Below, one piece after another: positions 1 to 10,315 of a DNA stretch of 64,000 nucleotides. The translations under genes were made by a program, and so were the position numbers. The notes beneath the pieces are model-generated. The model was not told the DNA's origin. It searched no databases and saw only the letters and a list, made by a program, of their open reading frames with translations. The first letter of the stretch is position 1. Each line of letters opens with the position of its first letter. Origin of the DNA: Candidatus Omnitrophota bacterium (GTDB lineage Bacteria > Omnitrophota > Omnitrophia > Omnitrophales > Aquincolibacteriaceae); assembly GCA_030698625.1 (NCBI GenBank), contig JAUYMS010000047.1:12210-76209 (forward strand). The letters run 5' to 3'.

Positions 1-1501
1 CATCTAATTTATTAGAACGCTTCACAGCCGCCGGTCCACCGGCGCGAGACTCGTCTTCAGTTGGGGGCGCGGCCGCTTCTCTGCCGTCGATAATTCTCAA
101 GCGCTGTACCAAAGCCGCCAAGATCCAGAAATAGCCGGCCACTTCAAGATGATCCAGCCGTGAACCGAACATATTACTCATAAGAAGTCCGAACAAACCG
201 CCTAAATACCCTAACGCCACAGCCTTTGAAAATGGGTCCTTTGTGCGCGCGTACAACGAATACGCCATCCATATAGTGACTAATACAATCAGCAGGAAAT
301 TGAGCAGCGCCGGAATCCCCATTTCTGCGGCGATAATAATGTAGGAATTATGTGCGTCAATCGGGCGATTCTGTTCCCAGTAAGGTGAAATCCGGTAATA
401 AAAAAGTCCGTATCCGACACCCAGCATCGGGTACTCCGCGATCATTTTGACGGCCCCCTTCCAGACCTCTACGCGCGTCTTCGAACTCGTTTCCAACGAA
501 CCCTCCAACTCCTCGGCCGTTTCTATATAGCTCACATCTTTGTTGATCGTCTGCATCATGCGGTATCGAATACCCGCCGGCAAAATAATCGGGTTCAGAA
601 CTGCCAGGCCCGTGAGCCCCAGCAATACTATAAATAGAAACTTACTCCGAAACCAGGCGGCCGCATAAAGCCCAAGCGCAAAGGCCAGATAGCCCCCGCG
701 CGAAAACGTGACCATGATGCCGCGAAATTGGATCAGGAACGGCACCAGCAAAAGCCAGTACTTCGGCCGGTGCATATTCATCAGGAAGAACCCGAACGGC
801 AGGAACATGTAGTAGCAGAAAAACGCTGCCAGCGAATTCGAGTGCTCGGCAATACCGCCTACGCGCGATTTTTCAAGGGTCGATACTTCTCCGATCTCAA
901 TGTAATCGTAAATCGCCATAAGCCCCACAAGCGTGGTCACTATAATCATGATGCCGATAATATTACGTATCGTCTTTTTATCTTTAACCGTATTCAGCAC
1001 CAAGAAGTACAGGATCAACGGAGTAATCCACCGCTTATATTGGGTCAGAACATCCCAGTAATTAGCAGAACTATGCGTTACGCCGCGATAAACCGCCACT
1101 AACCCAAAGACCATAAACATAAAAATCAGGCCGTTCAGCGGACTGCTCAACCAGGGCGGCTCTCCTTCCGCATACTTGCCGGAAATCCATGCCACGATAA
1201 TAAAGATCATCAAGACGTTCGTCATATTGAGCGACTGGGCCGCGCCGCTGAAATCCCCGACCAAGATGCGGCTAAAAGGCAGGTACGCCACAAGCACATA
1301 CGTAATCACATGAGGCTTTGAAATGCCCTGCACGATCAATATGATGCCACCGATCAGCCCGGCACTGATCAAGACATAACTGGGCAGACTAACTTCCTTG
1401 AGCACGATATACGCAAAAATCGTTGCAATGATCCCCATCAAGAAATAAGTCTTGATGTTCTCTTTATCCGGAAAAATCTGAAGTGGTGCCGTTGTCGCCA
1501 T
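1..1501 (-). CDS. O-antigen ligase/polymerase family membrane protein (Wzy_C-type), truncated at the C-terminus by the window edge
   Basis: Manual translation of the reverse strand from the ATG at 1501 (MATTAPLQIFPDKEN...) stays open to position 1. The protein is polytopic and hydrophobic, with Wzy_C-like segments ...GGIAEHSNSLAAFF... and ...AHNSYIIIAAEMGIPALL... Its ATG overlaps the TAA of the upstream gene (TAATG). Confidence 0.65.
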   Translation of the reverse strand, partial: MATTAPLQIFPDKENIKTYFLMGIIATIFAYIVLKEVSLPSYVLISAGLIGGIILIVQGISKPHVITYVLVAYLPFSRILVGDFSGAAQSLNMTNVLMIFIIVAWISGKYAEGEPPWLSSPLNGLIFMFMVFGLVAVYRGVTHSSANYWDVLTQYKRWITPLILYFLVLNTVKDKKTIRNIIGIMIIVTTLVGLMAIYDYIEIGEVSTLEKSRVGGIAEHSNSLAAFFCYYMFLPFGFFLMNMHRPKYWLLLVPFLIQFRGIMVTFSRGGYLAFALGLYAAAWFRSKFLFIVLLGLTGLAVLNPIILPAGIRYRMMQTINKDVSYIETAEELEGSLETSSKTRVEVWKGAVKMIAEYPMLGVGYGLFYYRISPYWEQNRPIDAHNSYIIIAAEMGIPALLNFLLIVLVTIWMAYSLYARTKDPFSKAVALGYLGGLFGLLMSNMFGSRLDHLEVAGYFWILAALVQRLRIIDGREAAAPPTEDESRAGGPAAVKRSNKLD

Positions 1502-2664
1502 TAAGCCCACTCCCTTTCACGCAAGTATTTGTAAATTTCGCGCGCGGCAAAGGCATGGCCGCGGGCGTTCCAGTGGCCGTCATGCTTAAAGCAAAACTTC
1601 TTGGTTCCACCGGATTCTTCAAAAAATGCGTCGAATGAATTAAAATACAACGCACCCGCATCACCGGCCGCTCTTTCAATAACGGTTGTTTTACCCGGGC
1701 GACGCCCCTCACCCGCCGTAGTCTCATAAACCATGAAATGCGCGCCTATTGATTCAGAATATTCCCGCATTTCCGTAATGAGCCGAGACGTAATGCTCAC
1801 CTCTTGGGCCTCGACGGCCGCGGGAACCGATGCTCGCCCTGTCCGATTAGCCACACCCATCGCGAGCCTCTGACGTATCCAAGAGAAGAATCGTGACTTT
1901 ACCAGCAAGCGCTTAACGAAGCTTCTGAGAGAAACCGCTTTATCCTCTAGCGGCCCCTGAAAGGCGCCGGTGTAGAATGCCTGTGCCTCGGGCGTCGCTA
2001 AGACCCACTCCGAATCCGGCGACACATCAGGCACCGGCACACCTTGCAAGACCAGCTCCCCCGTTTCTTCAGCCAAAAAGTAAGGTTTAGCCTTGCGGCC
2101 CCTTTGATGGATTGTAATGTTCTCAAGTGGGTCATTGAGAACCGCGACATAAATGATTACGTCAGGCGCATAGCGATACCCTTCCGTCATGAGGTAAAGA
2201 AGACTTTGATCCCCACCATAAGCCCGCGTACCAGCGTTGATAACCTCATATTTCCCTTGATTGGCCAGAAGCGCTTCAAGCTGCGTGTCGATAAGCGACT
2301 GCTTGTCAACTTCATAACCAACGGTCACGGAATCGCCTAGCAAAAGAATCCTTTTTGTCCCGGGCGCCTTGGCATAATCGTATTCCTCGTCTCGCAATCC
2401 GTGCGAGTTGATGTTAATGACATTGCGATATTTGTTCCGTTTGCTCGCAAAAAAACCGGTTGTGTTTGCACGTTTACGCCAACCGAGTAATGGGTCGGCT
2501 TCATGCAACATGCTCACATTATCCTTTTCGGAGTAAAGCAGCTCCAGATAGCCATCGTAGGAATAGAAGCAAATTTCAATAAACACAAAACACGCCACAA
2601 GCGCGCCGATGGCGACCAGCAGATTAAAATACAATGGGTTTTGTTTTTGTTTTGTTACCGCCAT
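1501..2664 (-). CDS. SGNH/GDSL-family hydrolase with an N-terminal TM anchor (possible polysaccharide O-acetyl esterase/acetyltransferase-type)
   Basis: An N-terminal hydrophobic helix is followed by the block LLLGDSVTVGYEV (GDS motif) and GTRAYGGDQ. The gene sits inside the glycan locus. Confidence 0.55.
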   Translation of the reverse strand: MAVTKQKQNPLYFNLLVAIGALVACFVFIEICFYSYDGYLELLYSEKDNVSMLHEADPLLGWRKRANTTGFFASKRNKYRNVININSHGLRDEEYDYAKAPGTKRILLLGDSVTVGYEVDKQSLIDTQLEALLANQGKYEVINAGTRAYGGDQSLLYLMTEGYRYAPDVIIYVAVLNDPLENITIHQRGRKAKPYFLAEETGELVLQGVPVPDVSPDSEWVLATPEAQAFYTGAFQGPLEDKAVSLRSFVKRLLVKSRFFSWIRQRLAMGVANRTGRASVPAAVEAQEVSITSRLITEMREYSESIGAHFMVYETTAGEGRRPGKTTVIERAAGDAGALYFNSFDAFFEESGGTKKFCFKHDGHWNARGHAFAAREIYKYLREREWA

Positions 2665-3815
2665 TACCGCTCACTCCCTGCTAAACTATTGTATATACCT
2701 GCCACGGCAGCTGCGTTGCGTTCCATATCGAATTCTGTCTGCGCGATCCGCCGGCCTGCCTCCGCCAATTGTTCGCTTAACCGTGAATCCTGTGCCACTC
2801 GACTCAAGGCATCCGCCAATTCGGCGGCATCACCCGGTGCCGTGAGAATGCCCGTCACCCCATCCTTAATCATTTCGGAGACACCCCCGCCTCGGGCCGC
2901 AATCACAGGTTTCCCTGCCATCATGGCCTCTAAGATCACCAGGCCGAACGGCTCCGGCGTGACCGAGGCATGAACAACGATATCTGAGGCCTCATACACC
3001 GGGCTCATGTCTTCCTGCCAGTCGCAAAACTTCACCTTACCCGCCAAACCTAAAGACGCGGCCTTTTCCACCAACGCCCGGAGGTATCTCTGATCCGGCT
3101 CAGGGTCTTTACCCATCAACACACCGACAAGGTCCGGATTTGTAACCACCGCCTTGGCCAAAGCTTCAATGAATATCTCCTGCCCTTTCCACGGCACTAA
3201 TCGGCCCGCCATCAGAGCCACGACACTATCCTTATCGATTTGCCAGAGTTCGCGTTGGCGCCCGCGCAGTTGTGCTCGGTTACTTACCGTATCTTGCCAA
3301 ACCAGGCCATTACGAATCGTCATAACAGGGCGCTTCAACTGTTCCTCAAAATAAGCCGATCCGGCCTTTGAGATGCACGCAAATTCGTCCACGAAACGCG
3401 CAAGAAAGCTCTCGGAACGCGTCATCTTCCGCCAGCCGTGCAGATGACACAGCACCCGGCAGCCGGCCAGTTTCGCGGCAATTAGGAGCGGGATATGCGT
3501 CAGGATCTCGTTATTAAGATGCACCACGCGTATCTCCCGCATCCCGAGCAACACCGAGATCTTCCTGACCATGTTCAGAAGTTTGAAACCCGCCACCACC
3601 CGGCTGCCCCTCCACACAAATCGCCACCCAGGGCGATACCAAACATCATTACCCTCCGAACGCAGCTTTCCAATAAACGGACCGTCACCATAAGCCGCAA
3701 CGCTTACGTGAAACCCGCGCTCTTTTAGAAGCGGCACGAGGCTTGCAAGGTACTTCGCAGTCCCGCCGTAGCCCGTGCCCGATTCGGCTATTAATATTCG
3801 CGTCATAGTTTTCAT
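2664..3815 (-). CDS. Glycosyltransferase family 4 (GT-B, retaining)
   Basis: C-terminal EPFGLVILEAMMAGKPVIAARGGGVSEMIKDG matches the GT1/GT4 EX7E-type signature. Length 383 aa. Confidence 0.8.
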   Translation of the reverse strand: MKTMTRILIAESGTGYGGTAKYLASLVPLLKERGFHVSVAAYGDGPFIGKLRSEGNDVWYRPGWRFVWRGSRVVAGFKLLNMVRKISVLLGMREIRVVHLNNEILTHIPLLIAAKLAGCRVLCHLHGWRKMTRSESFLARFVDEFACISKAGSAYFEEQLKRPVMTIRNGLVWQDTVSNRAQLRGRQRELWQIDKDSVVALMAGRLVPWKGQEIFIEALAKAVVTNPDLVGVLMGKDPEPDQRYLRALVEKAASLGLAGKVKFCDWQEDMSPVYEASDIVVHASVTPEPFGLVILEAMMAGKPVIAARGGGVSEMIKDGVTGILTAPGDAAELADALSRVAQDSRLSEQLAEAGRRIAQTEFDMERNAAAVAGIYNSLAGSER

Positions 3816-3817
3816 TC

Positions 3818-5785
3818 TTACTTTATCACCGCCAGCGGAGCGGGCTTCGGCTTGTTGTAGTAGTGCCTGTTCTTCAAACCGACCATCCGCCTCACTTTAT
3901 TGATAGCGCGAGGCATGAAATAGGTGCTCTTCACCCTTGCCCGGTGCTCCCGCGCAAAAAACGCGCGCCTCATCACAGACTCTTCGTCCAAATTCCATTT
4001 CTCACACAACAGCTCGTGTGACTTTGACACCTTGTCGAGATCCCAGCGAAAGAGCATGTAGCCCCGATCCGCTCCGCGGAACTTAAAGATGCGTTCATAG
4101 TTGTAAGCAACAACCGATTTCGGCTCGAGCATAATACGAAACCCCGCTTCGGTGATGCGCAGCGAGTAATCCATGTGCTCGGCAATGTTCAGATCACGCA
4201 GCGGCCCCACCTTCTCCATTAACTTCTTAGAGAGAAGAACCGTATGCCACTCGAAGAAATCACTTGGCTTACGGTTTTGGTCCGGGTAGTCCTTAAGCTC
4301 CACGCCGGAGTAAGTGGGGATTGTATCCATGAGCCACTTGTCCCCGCGCTTCTCCTTATAGATCTTGCCCTCGGCGATATGGATCTTCCGGCTGGGGTCA
4401 CTCAGCTCCACCGTCAAATAGATGGGGTGAACACAATCCACCTTCTCTTCTTCAGCGCACGCGACGAGGTTTTCAAGCCACCCTTCCAGCACCTCGACAT
4501 CATTGTCGATAAAACAGGCGTACTTCGTATCGATCATGGGAATCGCCTGGTTCACGAACTGATGCGGGAACTGCCAGCGGTCCGAGTACACAATTTCGAC
4601 ATTGCTGTGCTTTCCGGCGATCTTCTCCAGCCCGGCAAGCCTGTCCTTCGGGCAATGCCCTTCCATAATGATCATCTTGAACGGGATCGTGGTCACATCG
4701 ATCATGCGCTGCACGACTTCCCCGAACGCATTAAAACTCTCCCGCGGCACGACGACCACGGTCACAATCGGCGCCTTCTTTTCTACAGACTTCATTTTAG
4801 ATTCCTCCTGAATTTTGTTTTGAGTAAACACGCACCAGTTCTTCCCGAAGCCAAAGGGAAGCCAGTGAATGAAAGTCTCTTTAACCATTGCGGCATAATG
4901 CCCGAGCCACATCTCTGAAGCAAAACGATTCGCCTCCGTCTCATGGATATTTAAATGGGCCCGATGAAACCGAATGAATGAAAACAACAGTCTCTTCCAC
5001 ACCCAAACCGGCGCAATCGTTACGCAGCGCTGCCTGCCGGCGGCCAATTCGTGCCCGAGGGTTATCCCCACATCGCGAAACCAACGTCTCATGTACTCTT
5101 TAGTAAGGCGATCCTTTTCTACTATGTGCATAACGAGCGAGGCGGGCTCATAATAAATGGCGCCGCTCTTCGCAAGGACGCGCTGATAAAACTCCCGGTC
5201 TTCTCCGCCAATCAGAGAGTCCCCGCGGCGGCCCAGATCCACATTGAAATCACCATAGAGCTCGAAGGCCTTCTTGCGAACCGCAAGAGCCGCAGTAACC
5301 AGATGCCTTCGGGGCGAGTCACACCGCATACGCGCCTGCCCGAAGTTTTGATTGATCAAGCACCCCCCCAGATCTTCCGAGTACCATTCGGGCACTTCGC
5401 AGCGCCATAACCGGTCAATCTTGCCGCCGACAACGTCTGCATCGGTCTCCTCAAAACAGCGCCGATACCCTGCCAGCCAGCCCTCCGTTACAATAACATC
5501 ATCATCCAGCGACACGACAATACTGCCCTCAGCCGCTCGAATACCCGCATTGCGCGCATGTGCGACGCCCTGCCGCGCTTCGAAAACATATCGTATCGCG
5601 GGCCCCGTCGCCTTTTGAAAGGACTCGACAACAACCCTTGTATGATCCTTCGAGTTGTTGTCGACGACCACAACGTCGCAGACCAGCTCATCAAAACCCG
5701 AGTCCGCTACGATAGAGGCCAGACATTCCCGCAGGCTCTCCGCACGGTTATAGGTGCATACCACAATGCTAAACTCTCGCTTCAT
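3818..5785 (-). CDS. Two-domain glycosyltransferase (GT2 + second GT2-like domain)
   Basis: The N-terminal domain reads FSIVVCTYNRAESL...VVVVDNNSKDHT...SLDDDV. A second domain reads APIVTVVVVPRESF...ACFIDNDVEV. Confidence 0.7.
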   Translation of the reverse strand: MKREFSIVVCTYNRAESLRECLASIVADSGFDELVCDVVVVDNNSKDHTRVVVESFQKATGPAIRYVFEARQGVAHARNAGIRAAEGSIVVSLDDDVIVTEGWLAGYRRCFEETDADVVGGKIDRLWRCEVPEWYSEDLGGCLINQNFGQARMRCDSPRRHLVTAALAVRKKAFELYGDFNVDLGRRGDSLIGGEDREFYQRVLAKSGAIYYEPASLVMHIVEKDRLTKEYMRRWFRDVGITLGHELAAGRQRCVTIAPVWVWKRLLFSFIRFHRAHLNIHETEANRFASEMWLGHYAAMVKETFIHWLPFGFGKNWCVFTQNKIQEESKMKSVEKKAPIVTVVVVPRESFNAFGEVVQRMIDVTTIPFKMIIMEGHCPKDRLAGLEKIAGKHSNVEIVYSDRWQFPHQFVNQAIPMIDTKYACFIDNDVEVLEGWLENLVACAEEEKVDCVHPIYLTVELSDPSRKIHIAEGKIYKEKRGDKWLMDTIPTYSGVELKDYPDQNRKPSDFFEWHTVLLSKKLMEKVGPLRDLNIAEHMDYSLRITEAGFRIMLEPKSVVAYNYERIFKFRGADRGYMLFRWDLDKVSKSHELLCEKWNLDEESVMRRAFFAREHRARVKSTYFMPRAINKVRRMVGLKNRHYYNKPKPAPLAVIK

Positions 5786-8036
5786 TGCCCCTCCCCACCC
5801 ATGAACTTTTGTCCAGACACAATTTGATCAGGAATTCGGGAAGAAACGAACCGGCATAATACCCGGCCACACGCGGCTGCCATCGTTTAAAACGGAGTGA
5901 AAGCTTCGCCAACGCACGGCTCTTCCGGAAGTGACCGGCTCTCAGATAGTGCCACGCTGCCATGCGCGAATTCTCCGCAATATGCGACTTCAACAGCCTC
6001 CTGCTGCGGCCCTTAACGTGACGATAATTGCGCGCCAGCGCAATCGCATCGTTCTCCCGCCTCGCATACGCCCGATCTTCCAAAGACCCCATAATGCTGT
6101 TCCCCTGGATCGTATACTCGAACAACGGCTTATCCACCAGCGCAAACAGAGTCTGTTGCGCCGATCGCAGCCAAAGGTCGTAGCCCTCACAGCCGTGCAA
6201 GTCAGAGGCATACCCCCCAACCCGCTCAAAAAGGTCCTTGCGCATCATCGCCGAAGACAATGTCACCACGTTCGCACGCAGCAGCACCGTGTCAATCGGC
6301 CCTCCCGACACATCGCTCAGCCCATAGCGTTCAGCGTCAATCCACTTCCGGAACTCAGGCACATTTCGCTGAAGAACCGTAGGCCGAAAGACCTGCCCGC
6401 CGCATACTGCTATGCCGTCCGTAAACACAACACCGACTTCAGGGTGTTCCTCGAGAACAGCGCCTTGCTCGGCCAGCTTCGCCGGCCGCCACGCATCATC
6501 ATCATCCAGAAACGCGATATACTCGCCCGCGGCTATACTTACGCCATGGTTACGCTTGACGGACACAAGGCACTTGAGCGGCAGGCGACAATATTTGATG
6601 CGGGGATCTCGCGCGGAAAGTTCCTGCACGTACTCTTTTGTCCCGTCATCCGAAAGATCATCGACAACAATCAACTCCCAATTCTTCACCGACTGTTTTT
6701 CAACGCTGGCAATCGCGCGCTTCAGGCTGCTCAACCTGTTAAGGGTCGGCATAATGACGCTGTACTTCGGCATGCCTTCGCTGCCCCCAGCGCCCGGCTC
6801 TTGCATGCCATCAAATGTATCCAGCACATTTTCCAGCACACGCTCCGCAATCCCCTGCGAATAATTCCCCTTCACCAGCGCAAAAGCCTTTTCGGCCATA
6901 TCCTGACGCCTGTTTTGATTCGTCAGTAAATCCACACAGCATGCCGCAAAGTCATCGGCGGCGTCCGCTAGCCTTATATCCACCTTATCGCTAACGGCGA
7001 TACCTTCCGCGCCAACCGTTGTTGACACAACCGGCCTTCCGTAAGCCATAGCTTCAAGAATCTTGATGCGGGTTCCGGCACCATTCAGCAAGGGAACGAC
7101 TGTTATGCTTGCCCGCTCATAATACGGCTGCGTGCTGGGCACAAACCCGACGATCTCGACCCCAGGCCTCTCGTTCAGCTTCAATAATCGGGCCGCAGGG
7201 TCTTTACCGATGACGGTAAATACGGCGCCCGGTACACGCTCACGAATGAGCGGAAATATCTTTTCACAAAAGAAAAAGACCGCTTCCTCATTATGAGGAA
7301 AACTAAGCAGGCCGCAAAAAAGGATCTCCGGTGAATTGCCGCCTGCCTTGGCGGCCGGACACGTAGCCGATGCAATCTCAATTGTGTTTGGTAGAACATA
7401 AGCTTTTGAAGCGTAGCCCCTCGACTCCAGATAGCGTGCGTCATCCGCTGAAGCCGCAAGCACCGCCCGACTCGCTTTCAGCTTCTTGTAATACGTTTTG
7501 AGAAAGTAAAGCTCCAGCCAATGACGAAATTTTCGATAACTGTACGGCATAGCACGCATGCGCCTTTGTTCCACATTGATTGCGATATCATCCACATCTA
7601 TGATTGTCCGGGGCAGCAATTGCCTCAGACTCTTATTCACGAACAAGTAATACGCCATAATCGGATACCGCACAAACACGGCGTCAACCCCTTCAGCGGC
7701 CGCTTCAACCAAAGCCTGTCTTAATTCATCAGAAATAAAGTCCTGCACATTCCACGGCTTCATCGCAAGCACATTCCACAGCCGCTCATAAAACGGCGCC
7801 GGCCTGCCGTGATATGATTCCGGCGGAAACTTGTTAGCAGAAATCACGACCACCTTATCGCAATACCGTTGCAACGCCTGGACATTGGCATGCACCTGAT
7901 CTTCCGCAAACTTGGATCGGCAAATCAGCGTGACCTTTCCCTTTTTGGCGAGACTCTTCAATATGGTCAACGACCGCATATTCCCGCCGCTATTCGGCGG
8001 ATAGGGCAAAGCATTGCATATGTAAAGAATTCTCAT
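5769..8036 (-). CDS. Bifunctional glycosyltransferase (N-terminal GT4 + C-terminal GT2)
   Basis: The N-terminal part is GT4-like: MRILYICNALPYPPNSGG ... VPLLNGAGTRIKILEAMAYGRPVVST. The C-terminal part is GT2-like: YSVIMPTLNRLSSL...LIVVDDLSDDGT...FLDDDDAW. Confidence 0.7.
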   Translation of the reverse strand: MRILYICNALPYPPNSGGNMRSLTILKSLAKKGKVTLICRSKFAEDQVHANVQALQRYCDKVVVISANKFPPESYHGRPAPFYERLWNVLAMKPWNVQDFISDELRQALVEAAAEGVDAVFVRYPIMAYYLFVNKSLRQLLPRTIIDVDDIAINVEQRRMRAMPYSYRKFRHWLELYFLKTYYKKLKASRAVLAASADDARYLESRGYASKAYVLPNTIEIASATCPAAKAGGNSPEILFCGLLSFPHNEEAVFFFCEKIFPLIRERVPGAVFTVIGKDPAARLLKLNERPGVEIVGFVPSTQPYYERASITVVPLLNGAGTRIKILEAMAYGRPVVSTTVGAEGIAVSDKVDIRLADAADDFAACCVDLLTNQNRRQDMAEKAFALVKGNYSQGIAERVLENVLDTFDGMQEPGAGGSEGMPKYSVIMPTLNRLSSLKRAIASVEKQSVKNWELIVVDDLSDDGTKEYVQELSARDPRIKYCRLPLKCLVSVKRNHGVSIAAGEYIAFLDDDDAWRPAKLAEQGAVLEEHPEVGVVFTDGIAVCGGQVFRPTVLQRNVPEFRKWIDAERYGLSDVSGGPIDTVLLRANVVTLSSAMMRKDLFERVGGYASDLHGCEGYDLWLRSAQQTLFALVDKPLFEYTIQGNSIMGSLEDRAYARRENDAIALARNYRHVKGRSRRLLKSHIAENSRMAAWHYLRAGHFRKSRALAKLSLRFKRWQPRVAGYYAGSFLPEFLIKLCLDKSSWVGRGNEARV

Positions 8037-9070
8037 GGGCTCGTCCTGCTTCCCTTCCTTTCCACTGGGCGTAAATTTGTGCGCTGGCCTAAGAAGCCGC
8101 GGACAGTATCCTCCAGCCTTGCTACGATTCGACCGGTCTGATGCCAGAAATAAAGCTCTGACTCCACGCCCTCTACCCTACGCCCCTTTAAATAATGTCG
8201 AACCACATTGCATGCTGTAATAAACCATTGCCTGTAATACCAAGGGGGCAGTTTTCTAGCCGCGGCAGGCTGTGACACATACTCCGATCGCCCGCCCTCA
8301 AACCGCCGCCGACGCATGTACGGAAGTCTCAGGCGCTCTGCAGCTACACGGTGATAAACCACTGATTCGGGCAGCCAGACGACCTTTTTCCCGAGCGACA
8401 AGATACGCCCTAACATTTCAGTTTCCTCTCCGCCTGCCAACTTGCTGCCCATGCGCCCTAAGTCAGTCCTGAAGAGCCCCACCTCCGCGAATAATTTACG
8501 ACGGAATGCCATATTTGCACCGTAGACAAAGTTCTCATGGCGGCCGGCGACGTCACGGATTAAGGGCAAATCGCCATGATCAAGTACCGCAAAAAGACCC
8601 TCACAATGGCGCTCCAACCGGGGGGCAGAAAGCCATGACGGTTTTTCTTCTTCCCAAAGCGGCAACACCTTACCACCCACGCAATCGGCCTCATGCGTAC
8701 TAAACCCCGCTACTGTTTTCGATACCCAGTCCATCTTCGGCATCACGTCATCATCCGTAAAAATTAGCAGCTCACCCATAGCGCTTTGAATGCCGGCGTT
8801 TCGCGCATAGCTAAGGCCCTGCCGCCCTTCAAATACGTATTGCATGGAAAAAGGCATATTCTTTTCTGCGCCTTCAAAGACCGCTTTCGTGCCGTCTGAG
8901 CTGTTGTTGTCGACGACAATTACGTCGAGGGCGTCGTTGTCGCCAACAATCTGCTCTGAGATTGCTTTTAAAGTAAACTGCAGGCTAGCAGCCCGGTTAT
9001 AAGTGCATATGATTACTGTTACCTTACGCATGCGACACCTCATCGGGCCACCCCACACCAGCCGGTTCAC
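8033..9070 (-). CDS. Glycosyltransferase family 2
   Basis: VTVIICTYNRAASL...DVIVVDNNSSDGT...FTDDDV is a typical GT2 DXD architecture. Confidence 0.8.
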   Translation of the reverse strand: MNRLVWGGPMRCRMRKVTVIICTYNRAASLQFTLKAISEQIVGDNDALDVIVVDNNSSDGTKAVFEGAEKNMPFSMQYVFEGRQGLSYARNAGIQSAMGELLIFTDDDVMPKMDWVSKTVAGFSTHEADCVGGKVLPLWEEEKPSWLSAPRLERHCEGLFAVLDHGDLPLIRDVAGRHENFVYGANMAFRRKLFAEVGLFRTDLGRMGSKLAGGEETEMLGRILSLGKKVVWLPESVVYHRVAAERLRLPYMRRRRFEGGRSEYVSQPAAARKLPPWYYRQWFITACNVVRHYLKGRRVEGVESELYFWHQTGRIVARLEDTVRGFLGQRTNLRPVERKGSRTSP

Positions 9071-10212
9071 TCATTTTTATTTGTAAGCCCTTTCGCAGAC
9101 ATACCATTACGAAGCTGACCCGTCTGCGACGCCAACAAGCCCTTAGCCATATCACGAGCCTCTTCAACCGTGTCGGCCCATAAGCTGATAGACGATTCAG
9201 TTCGCCACGTCTCGCGGAAATTCTTCAGCTTCCCATATTTATCACCAAGGCATACGTGCGGGATACTCATCAGCAAGCAGAGAATATGGCCATGCAATCT
9301 GTCCGTAATAACAACTTTCCCACGCGATAACATCGCGCAACCTCTGCGCAACCGCATACGCGCCATTCTTTCAGACTGGGTCGCATTAAGTCGCCACAAT
9401 CCCGCTAACCTGTTCGGCGCCCATGAAATGGCCCCACTTAAGAACTTAAGCGAAGTCTTCGTCGCAGATGGCGGCTCCGCGAGCCAATCCATGCACTCAA
9501 CCGTCACGCCGCCCATTGATGCCATCCTCACCCGATTACTTGCCTGCAGCATTCCACTTTCCAAGTCACTTCTACGCAGCCAAAGGGTGTCGCATGTATG
9601 CTGACCGAGCCTTTCCAAAGGGCCCAAAGCAAATGCCATATCAGGACACAGGATAACGCGCGCCCGAAATTCAGCCCGTGCAACGGCTGCGCTATGTCCA
9701 TCCCTTGCCAATATAATCACGTTCTCATGTCTATTAATTATTCTACGCGCGCGAGCAAGACTTTTATCGCTATTGAACTGGATCGACTGCGGCATCTGTA
9801 TAATCCGCCTGTCCGGGAAATCACTGATAATCCTTTCGCGAAACGCTTGATGCATCGGCCATAAGTCACCAAAATTACCCCCGCCATGGATTAACACATC
9901 CCCTTCAGGCAAGCACTTTTCAAGCACTGGCTTCGAATAGGATACTAAATCGCACACGTACGCCACTTTAACCCTACTCTGCAGGGCACTTTTCTCGCCC
10001 ATCCAAATTGCGCTATCTCCGCAGTTACTGTGCCCAGGAAAATCCACCAAGGCAACTTCCGTCGACAGCCTAAGCCGCCCAAGGCCGTCGCAAATCGCCG
10101 CGCCAAGCCGGCCCATCATGCAAACACCGGACGATCGCATAGCTGTCGATTCCGCAGCGACATCGCTAACCAGCCCTTTCATTTCCACATTGCCTATATC
10201 GCTCGTCATCAT
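9067..10212 (-). CDS. Polysaccharide pyruvyl transferase family protein (CsaB/WcaK-like)
   Basis: HGGGNFGDLW and surrounding blocks resemble the PS_pyruv_trans family. Size (~380 aa) and context fit. Confidence 0.55.
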   Translation of the reverse strand: MMTSDIGNVEMKGLVSDVAAESTAMRSSGVCMMGRLGAAICDGLGRLRLSTEVALVDFPGHSNCGDSAIWMGEKSALQSRVKVAYVCDLVSYSKPVLEKCLPEGDVLIHGGGNFGDLWPMHQAFRERIISDFPDRRIIQMPQSIQFNSDKSLARARRIINRHENVIILARDGHSAAVARAEFRARVILCPDMAFALGPLERLGQHTCDTLWLRRSDLESGMLQASNRVRMASMGGVTVECMDWLAEPPSATKTSLKFLSGAISWAPNRLAGLWRLNATQSERMARMRLRRGCAMLSRGKVVITDRLHGHILCLLMSIPHVCLGDKYGKLKNFRETWRTESSISLWADTVEEARDMAKGLLASQTGQLRNGMSAKGLTNKNE

Positions 10213-10315
10213 CTACGCAAAACAACCTTCCGTTTGATGAATTGCACGGCTCGTCGTGGCCAACCCCAGATGCCCCGCGCATACAGGCCAGCCAAACAAT
10301 CCTCTAGCGCCTCAA

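Noticed and set aside
728-1102. Plus-strand ORFs of 100-330 aa listed in the ORF track (e.g. 728..1102, 5931..6929, 18032..19015, 35271..36107, 49287..50255, 60331..60993)
   Set aside because: Each is antisense to a minus-strand gene with clear family motifs. They have Arg/Pro/His-rich, low-complexity translations typical of spurious open frames in high-GC DNA, and no RBS or conserved motif.
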